Under the pieces are notes generated by a model, which was given only the letters and a program-made list of their open reading frames with translations, had not been told where the DNA came from and made no database searches. 10,381 nt of DNA from a virus. Lineage: Duplodnaviria; Heunggongvirae; Uroviricota; Caudoviricetes. Numbering within the stretch: the first letter of the stretch is position 1; each line of letters starts with the position of its first letter. The stretch lies in IMG/VR virus record IMGVR_UViG_3300021255_001482, positions 1 to 10,381 of that record. The stretch is one strand, 5' to 3'. Positions 6,201 through 10,381 of the stretch are shown piece by piece. Both the position numbers and the translations under genes were made by a program.

Positions 6201-9200
6201 GTAATAACTATGGTGCAAGTCAAGGCCGCATCACAATGACAGATAACGCTTTTACTTTAGCTTCTCCTAATACTCCTTATATGATTATCACCGGAGAAGG
6301 CGATTGGAATAATGAAGATGGTTTAAATGCAATGCCTACTACTAAAGCGGCAGGCACATTTTCTACTGAAGATAAACAAATCGTAGTAGAATATATTGAT
6401 CCTTTAGATAGCACAAAAAGTTTTACAACCAATTTTGAAGGTGGCTCAGTTGGAGTTGCCATTCAGGGTACTTCTTCTCAAGAATATAAAAGAAAAAACT
6501 ATAAAATTAAATTAAATGTTTTCCGACAAAATGGAATAACCCACGTTAAAAAACCCGCAAAATCTGCAAATAAAGATGAATATTATACAGATAATACTTA
6601 TACTGAATTAAAAGAGGGTTATACTGATAAAGGATATAAATTAATTGACACTTCTATTCCAACTTTTACTTTTTGTATAAAAGCTGATGTAGCTTCTTCT
6701 GAAAGTGCAAATAATGTGCAATTGGTAAAATTATATAATGATATAGTAAAAGGAATAGAATTGACTCCGCCACAAGGTGATAATCCTAATATCCGCCAAG
6801 GCGTTGATGGCTATCCAATGGTTGTTTGGTATTTTAATAATAAAACCAAACAATATATTTTCTTAGGAAAATATAATTTTAACAATGATAAAGGCACAGA
6901 AGAAGTATATGGATTTAAAGACGGTGATGAAAGTTGGGAAGTAGGTAATAATGAAAAATTATTATGCTTCTTTGATGAATCAGAAGATCCAACTTGGGAA
7001 AATTGGCGCACAGCTTTTGAAACACGTTTCCCAGATGATGATGATAGTCTGACAAAAAAAGAAGATCCATATACTGACGAACAGATTGCTGATCGTTTGG
7101 CTGGTTTGCGCGAAATGGTTCATTGGGTCAGTAGTAAAGTAGTATGGGATGATAATACTAAATCTAGCGTACATTTTGACATTACCCCTACTTCAGAAGA
7201 TACGGCTAATGCCGCACGTACTGGTAAATCAGCAGAGGAAGAAGCGTTTAAACGAGAATTTAAACAATATTTTAATATGAATTTAATTACATTCTTTTAT
7301 GTATTTACTGAGTTTTTCCTCATGGTTGATAATCGCGCGAAAAATATGTTTTTAACTCGTTATAAAGTTAGTAGTACCAGACCTAACAGCTCTAGTTGGC
7401 ATAATGCATATGATAGTAATGTAGTTGAACTTGCTTCTTCAACCTCTACACGTGATACGTATACTGGATGGTTTAGTTTACCTTATGATATGGATACTGC
7501 TATAGGTACTAATAATGTAGGTGTTTATACTTTTGATTATCATTATGAAAGTGGAGATTTACAACCAAGCGGTGCTGTCGTATTTAACGGACAAAAATCA
7601 AAATTATGGGTAGCTTTTGCGCAAGTATTCCCATCTGAAATTCAAAATATGTATGAACGATTTCAAACTAATATTTCATATACCTCTCTTGAAAATAGTT
7701 TTGAAGCACACCAAGGTGTGTGGTCTGAAACAGTCGTTAATGAAGATATGGATGCAAAATATATTGACTGGATTACTGCATATGACGCAAATAATCAGCC
7801 TTTAACTCGTGATACTCGTGCGCTCCCTATGTTGTTAGGTCTTAAAACAGAACAACGTAAATGGTGGCTAGAAAATAGATTTAAATATTTTAATAGTAAG
7901 TATGCAATAAACGCTAACACAGATTTTATTTCTTTAGGCGCGCGAAGCGGCCTATTACATATTCCAGTATCTGTTTATGCAGACGCTTATGTAACATTTA
8001 AAGTCGGTGCGCAAGATAGTGCTCCTACTACTATTCGTTTGGCGGCTGGACAGTCGGGAATAATTGAACGTTATGCTACAGGAGAGGGAGGCTCAGACCG
8101 CGTAGAGTCTAGTGTCTCACCAGCTTCTAGAATTAGTTCAATTGAAAATTTAGCATCATTAGACTTATTAAATGTTGATTTTACTAGAGCAACTAGACTT
8201 CAAACATTGCGTCTAGGAAGTGCTAATGTAATTAATACTCGTTTGACTTCTATTTCTTTATCTGGTAATAAACTATTAAGATTATTTGACTTACGTAATT
8301 ATGCTGCTTATACAGCAGACTTATCTGTAAATGAATGCTATAATTTGGAATACATTTATTTAAGTGGCACTCAAATTACAAATGTCAATTTACCACAAGG
8401 CGGCGTATTAAAAACTATTCAGTATCCTACAACTATTAATACTATTAGAATTATAAATCAGCCTTATTTAGAGAATTTAATTATAGGAGCATATTTACCA
8501 GCAGACGAGATTACTGATAGTGAGAACGAAGTTCTCTTTAATGGAAATAATGATTATAGTAATATTACTTCTATTATATTAGATAATATAAGTGAAAATA
8601 TAGATATTCCAACAATGATTAATAATGCTACTAATTTATCTAATTGTAGTTTAAGTAATTTAACTTTCAAAATGACTACTGAAGATTTCCGCGTTTTCTT
8701 TAATAAACTAGTTGCTGTTAATGCCTCTATTACTAATTGCATTATTTATCTTGAAACCGCAATGCCATCTGACTTTACTGTATCTGATATTACTTCAAAA
8801 TTTGATTTTAAAGTTTATGGTAAAACCGAAGAAGGATATGCAGAATATTATAATGTGCGTTTTTATGGATTTAGCAATGAATTAATTGGTACTAGTAGTG
8901 TAGTAAAAGGTGCTAGTATAGATGGCCCAACCTCATACTTTACTGATGAATATTTAGATAATTATAATGGTTTAACTGAAGAAAATAAACCAGAACATCC
9001 AACACGAGTTGGATTTGGTGGATGGAATCCTGCACCAGTAAATATTCAGAGTGATTTGAGCGCGCGACCAATATCGCGTGATGAATATAGAATGGAATAC
9101 CATTATCTAGATGAAAATGTACAACCCAAAATTACTTATACTTATTTAGCTCCAGGTGAACAAATTACTGGTATTATTATCAATGATTTTATTAAAGATT

Positions 9201-10231
9201 ACTATACTTATAAATATAAACACTGGACAAGTGATTCTAATATACCAACAAATTATCCGAATGATGATGAACGTGCGAATGTTTACGATACTGCCTCTAT
9301 TATATATAAACAAGCTAAAGTAGAAGCGTGGTATGCTGTTTATAATCATGATGAAGCGGCTACATATAATATTTCTGTATATAATACAAATATTCATGGA
9401 GAAAAAGTTGGCGAGCCCATAGCTGTATTGAAACGTACAGTGATTGCGGGAACAACCGCTGGGAATACAGTCACAGAAAGTGCTTTAGAACAATATAAAC
9501 CAGCTATAAATGTTTTAGCCGCGGATGGAAGTAATGAATTAAATGTACCAATAGATGAACGTAAATATCAATTCTTGGGTTGGAATCCTCGTATTGATTC
9601 TAACTTTAATTTACGAGTTACTGGTAATCAAGACATTTTGTTGACTTATTATAAAACAGATGATTATTATACTAATTATTTCTTAAATAAGTTAACCAAG
9701 TGTACATTAAATAATATTTCTTCAATTAATGATGGCGCGTTTTATCATAATACTAATTTTGTAAAATTAGAAACAAGAGCAACAACGATTGGAAAATATT
9801 GTTTCGCTAATTTTACTAATAATAATATTCGGAATTATTTTATTTTTAATGGTAATGGTGATATTACTTTAGGTGCCTACTGTTTTTATGGTATAAATAA
9901 TGCTATTATTATTTTTAATAATACTGGTCATATAATAGTAGATAACAGTTGTTTCTATAGAGTAACAAATTGTATTATTATAACACCTAATGCTACATTA
10001 CCAATTATTAATGCTACAGACGCTACAGGAAGTTTTGATAACTTCTTAAATAGTTCTAATACTCTTTATGTCAACTCAACAGTTTATAATGATATTTATA
10101 ATTCCGCAAATGCAAATAATTATTCTATTCCTACTTATTTAATAAACACAGCGAAAGAGCGTATTGTACCAATCACCGCAAACAATCAAGCTACAGTAAA
10201 TAGCCTTATTGAGGAGGCGAATAAAGCATGA
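3269..10231 (+). CDS. 2320-aa multidomain putative phage tail fibre/adhesin with CotH-like kinase, LamG-like, LRR, InlB B-repeat-like and BspA-LRR domains
   Basis: Uninterrupted 6963-nt ORF with a strong SD. N-terminal WENGNTIEADALDNIEIGI motif; coiled coil with RISTLE and RLHALE; MGGGGG hinge (4520-4537); then the domain motifs listed in the entries below. No N-terminal signal peptide is visible. Virion location is inferred. Confidence 0.85.
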   Translation: MAMNDSLRISNDWKVGDDITNYPEKDWENGNTIEADALDNIEIGISNNRTLLQKINKMLDDDIITAINNLNERTNNIDEEGIIARVTSSIGNSLQDAQDKINTALTEAQQSINTQLSNFNNTISSLVTIENIYGSNTIDNGEQTSFKAWVSSQITNLGVETIKSNVNNLLNRTTALEEQIGDGSGSGTLISRISTLEASNGNIQSSINNIQSLVGEEYYNNSSWITTTDDISTRLHALETATVDLSPIEAQIDAIKGVLGMEGGTAGSTSDLVGDVNTALTLLYGYTITQDPNDSSKKIITRNNKPDLNEFSLTNSYPTLYNDFYNGANGSVPVQLAGLATTVSENTQNIRKLSTKVDTYDTAIESINTKYSGSDIVTYQDSGNTYLALKKDRTQDVAQSEEDIQSDTKIDYVLLPKMGGGGGTEYELDANIIQQEQLPIFPVNKIITLGNTYEANFIWQVTQNNTPQSLNGVLTVRLNNIVVDTIYIISNTNFTLNLGQYITSTGNNSFVLLVSNPAVRQRTLYDTITVYNAVLTSTFNHDIIQTGSTINFPYVAAIGSTTVEKTLHIQIDDNDITLTGNVSTSESLRSVTFATPAAGDHILRIWFTADITSNGSNSTLTSNILSYGILCGKSNNTRIVTNLTQTSIEQYNVLRFDYLVVTPNMETTLVNFYINDSVTPIPYRVPAEHNTFEYPVTQAGGTLTIRIEANGVEKILQLEVITSTTYDFSIVDEGLKVKLDAEGRTNVGNNSDLMQWNNTAVLENDDPYKQYYGTLNNNFLFYSENNYDGWLRNANGHNFLRLRNRDKVNINLPVFNFSISNGKILDGMTFEIDFQTSNVTDYTAPIISCFEQDNAQSKSIIFTPQGLTINNTTELKTQFKEEERLTITIVVENSDNGPLYQLFKIYINGILSAATIYETTALNFTDISKGIIQIGSEKCTLDIYSIRFYNRPLTFPEVIKNWIANEDVYQNKINYFNRNNYGASQGRITMTDNAFTLASPNTPYMIITGEGDWNNEDGLNAMPTTKAAGTFSTEDKQIVVEYIDPLDSTKSFTTNFEGGSVGVAIQGTSSQEYKRKNYKIKLNVFRQNGITHVKKPAKSANKDEYYTDNTYTELKEGYTDKGYKLIDTSIPTFTFCIKADVASSESANNVQLVKLYNDIVKGIELTPPQGDNPNIRQGVDGYPMVVWYFNNKTKQYIFLGKYNFNNDKGTEEVYGFKDGDESWEVGNNEKLLCFFDESEDPTWENWRTAFETRFPDDDDSLTKKEDPYTDEQIADRLAGLREMVHWVSSKVVWDDNTKSSVHFDITPTSEDTANAARTGKSAEEEAFKREFKQYFNMNLITFFYVFTEFFLMVDNRAKNMFLTRYKVSSTRPNSSSWHNAYDSNVVELASSTSTRDTYTGWFSLPYDMDTAIGTNNVGVYTFDYHYESGDLQPSGAVVFNGQKSKLWVAFAQVFPSEIQNMYERFQTNISYTSLENSFEAHQGVWSETVVNEDMDAKYIDWITAYDANNQPLTRDTRALPMLLGLKTEQRKWWLENRFKYFNSKYAINANTDFISLGARSGLLHIPVSVYADAYVTFKVGAQDSAPTTIRLAAGQSGIIERYATGEGGSDRVESSVSPASRISSIENLASLDLLNVDFTRATRLQTLRLGSANVINTRLTSISLSGNKLLRLFDLRNYAAYTADLSVNECYNLEYIYLSGTQITNVNLPQGGVLKTIQYPTTINTIRIINQPYLENLIIGAYLPADEITDSENEVLFNGNNDYSNITSIILDNISENIDIPTMINNATNLSNCSLSNLTFKMTTEDFRVFFNKLVAVNASITNCIIYLETAMPSDFTVSDITSKFDFKVYGKTEEGYAEYYNVRFYGFSNELIGTSSVVKGASIDGPTSYFTDEYLDNYNGLTEENKPEHPTRVGFGGWNPAPVNIQSDLSARPISRDEYRMEYHYLDENVQPKITYTYLAPGEQITGIIINDFIKDYYTYKYKHWTSDSNIPTNYPNDDERANVYDTASIIYKQAKVEAWYAVYNHDEAATYNISVYNTNIHGEKVGEPIAVLKRTVIAGTTAGNTVTESALEQYKPAINVLAADGSNELNVPIDERKYQFLGWNPRIDSNFNLRVTGNQDILLTYYKTDDYYTNYFLNKLTKCTLNNISSINDGAFYHNTNFVKLETRATTIGKYCFANFTNNNIRNYFIFNGNGDITLGAYCFYGINNAIIIFNNTGHIIVDNSCFYRVTNCIIITPNATLPIINATDATGSFDNFLNSSNTLYVNSTVYNDIYNSANANNYSIPTYLINTAKERIVPITANNQATVNSLIEEANKA
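5468..6155 (+). other. LamG/concanavalin A-like beta-sandwich domain (within the giant ORF); boundaries approximate
   Basis: Starts GLKVKLDAEGRTN; contains TFEIDF and FKIYINGILS; ends IQIGSEKCTLDIYSIRFYNRPLT, a typical LamG C-terminal strand pattern. Confidence 0.65.
6270..7903 (+). other. CotH-like atypical protein kinase domain (within the giant ORF); boundaries approximate
   Basis: IQGTSSQEYKRKNYKIK (6461-6511), FCIKAD (6671-6688), GKYNFNNDK, MVDNRAKNMF (D at 7328, N at 7343), PYDMD (7481-7495) and WWLENRFKYF. Confidence 0.75.
8132..8660 (+). other. Leucine-rich repeat region (within the giant ORF); boundaries approximate
   Basis: LQTLRLG, LTSISLSGNKLLRLFDL, LEYIYLSGTQITNVNLP, LKTIQYP, LENLIIG and LSNCSLSNL give recurring LxxLxL periodicity. 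Confidence 0.7.
8846..9656 (+). other. About three InlB B-repeat/Flg_new-like units (within the giant ORF)
   Basis: Units begin YNVRFY, YRMEYHY and YNISVY, and contain GFGGWNP, YKYKHW and YQFLGWNP respectively; the last ends VTGNQDILLTYY. Confidence 0.6.
9704..10180 (+). other. BspA-type (LRR_5) repeats with C-terminal cap (within the giant ORF)
   Basis: SSINDGAFY, TTIGKYCFA, ITLGAYCFY and IVDNSCFY repeats, then LYVNSTVYN...ERIVPI, resembling the usual BspA C-cap. Confidence 0.7.
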
Positions 10232-10381
10232 TATATGATCCAAGTATAAGTTTAGCAAAATTAGAGGACTTTTTTTCAAAGTCCTCTAATTTAACTGAAA
10301 TCAATATACCCGAATTAATTAGTATTGATGATAATCCTAGAGCCAACTATAATGGAATAGTATTATTAGATACAAATGCAA
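10228..10381 (+). CDS. 5' end of a further gene, probably a BspA-type LRR protein; runs off the window
   Basis: SD GAGGAGG (10211-10217) lies inside the last codons of the giant ORF, with an ATGA overlap. The open frame reads MIYDPSISLAKLEDFFSKSSNLTEINIPELISIDDNPRANYNGIVLLDTNA...; NLTEINIPELISI fits the BspA LxxIxIPxxxxI motif. Confidence 0.7.
   Translation, partial: MIYDPSISLAKLEDFFSKSSNLTEINIPELISIDDNPRANYNGIVLLDTNA
10258..10292. repeat. Perfect 15-bp inverted repeat with 5-nt loop
   Basis: AAATTAGAGGACTTT (10258-10272), TTTTC, AAAGTCCTCTAATTT (10278-10292); the arms are exact reverse complements. Confidence 0.9.

Noticed and set aside
4927-9397. Short ORFs nested in the giant gene (4927-5109, 5454-5651, 6277-6462, 6811-7011, 6980-7174, 7617-7805, 8554-8742, 9146-9397)
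   Set aside because: These are expected antisense or off-frame by-products of biased codon usage; I saw no supporting SD, promoter or motif.
9020-9589. GGATGGAATCCT (9020-9031) and GGTTGGAATCCT (9578-9589) as a DGR template/variable pair or shufflon sites
   Set aside because: The match is only 11 of 12 nt, does not extend into the flanks, and is explained by the conserved GWNP motif of B-repeat-like units.
3269-10231. Giant ORF as a secreted bacterial surface protein rather than a phage fibre
   Set aside because: I saw no signal peptide, LPxTG, SLH or dockerin-like anchor, and the N-terminal motif, coiled coil and neighbouring genes are phage-like. This is disfavoured rather than excluded.
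1-10381. tRNA/rRNA genes, CRISPR arrays, IS elements, introns/inteins, reverse transcriptase
   Set aside because: Intergenic gaps are at most about 65 nt, and I recognised no cloverleaf, regularly spaced direct repeats, transposase, intein or reverse-transcriptase motifs by eye.

Overview
All credible genes are on the + strand, use the standard code and are densely packed. The window reads as a fragment of a large tailed phage or prophage, probably of an AT-rich Gram-positive (Clostridia-like) host. That assignment is inferred from strong GGAGG Shine-Dalgarno (SD) sites, a TTGACT-N17-TATAAT promoter with an extended -10, and the domain content. Left part (1-3204): the C-terminal end of a Thg1-like 3'-5' nucleotidyltransferase, which is open from base 1. 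Next come a promoter overlapped by a perfect 11-bp palindrome, a Zn-dependent cytidine-deaminase-fold protein and an RlaP/NrdC.11-like Pol-beta nucleotidyltransferase. These are followed by small hypothetical genes, one frameshifted and one missed by the ORF track, and an intrinsic terminator. Right part (3269-10381): a 2320-aa putative virion fibre/adhesin. In order it has an N-terminal anchor motif, a trimeric coiled coil, a Gly5 hinge, a beta-rich region, a LamG-like domain, a CotH-like atypical kinase with intact catalytic motifs, leucine-rich repeats (LRRs), InlB B-repeat-like units and BspA-type LRRs. It is translationally coupled to a second BspA-like gene that contains a perfect 15-bp inverted repeat. 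The best leads are a possible phage tRNA/RNA repair-and-editing cluster and a possibly active kinase built into a phage fibre. All family calls come from motif recognition by eye; no database search was run.
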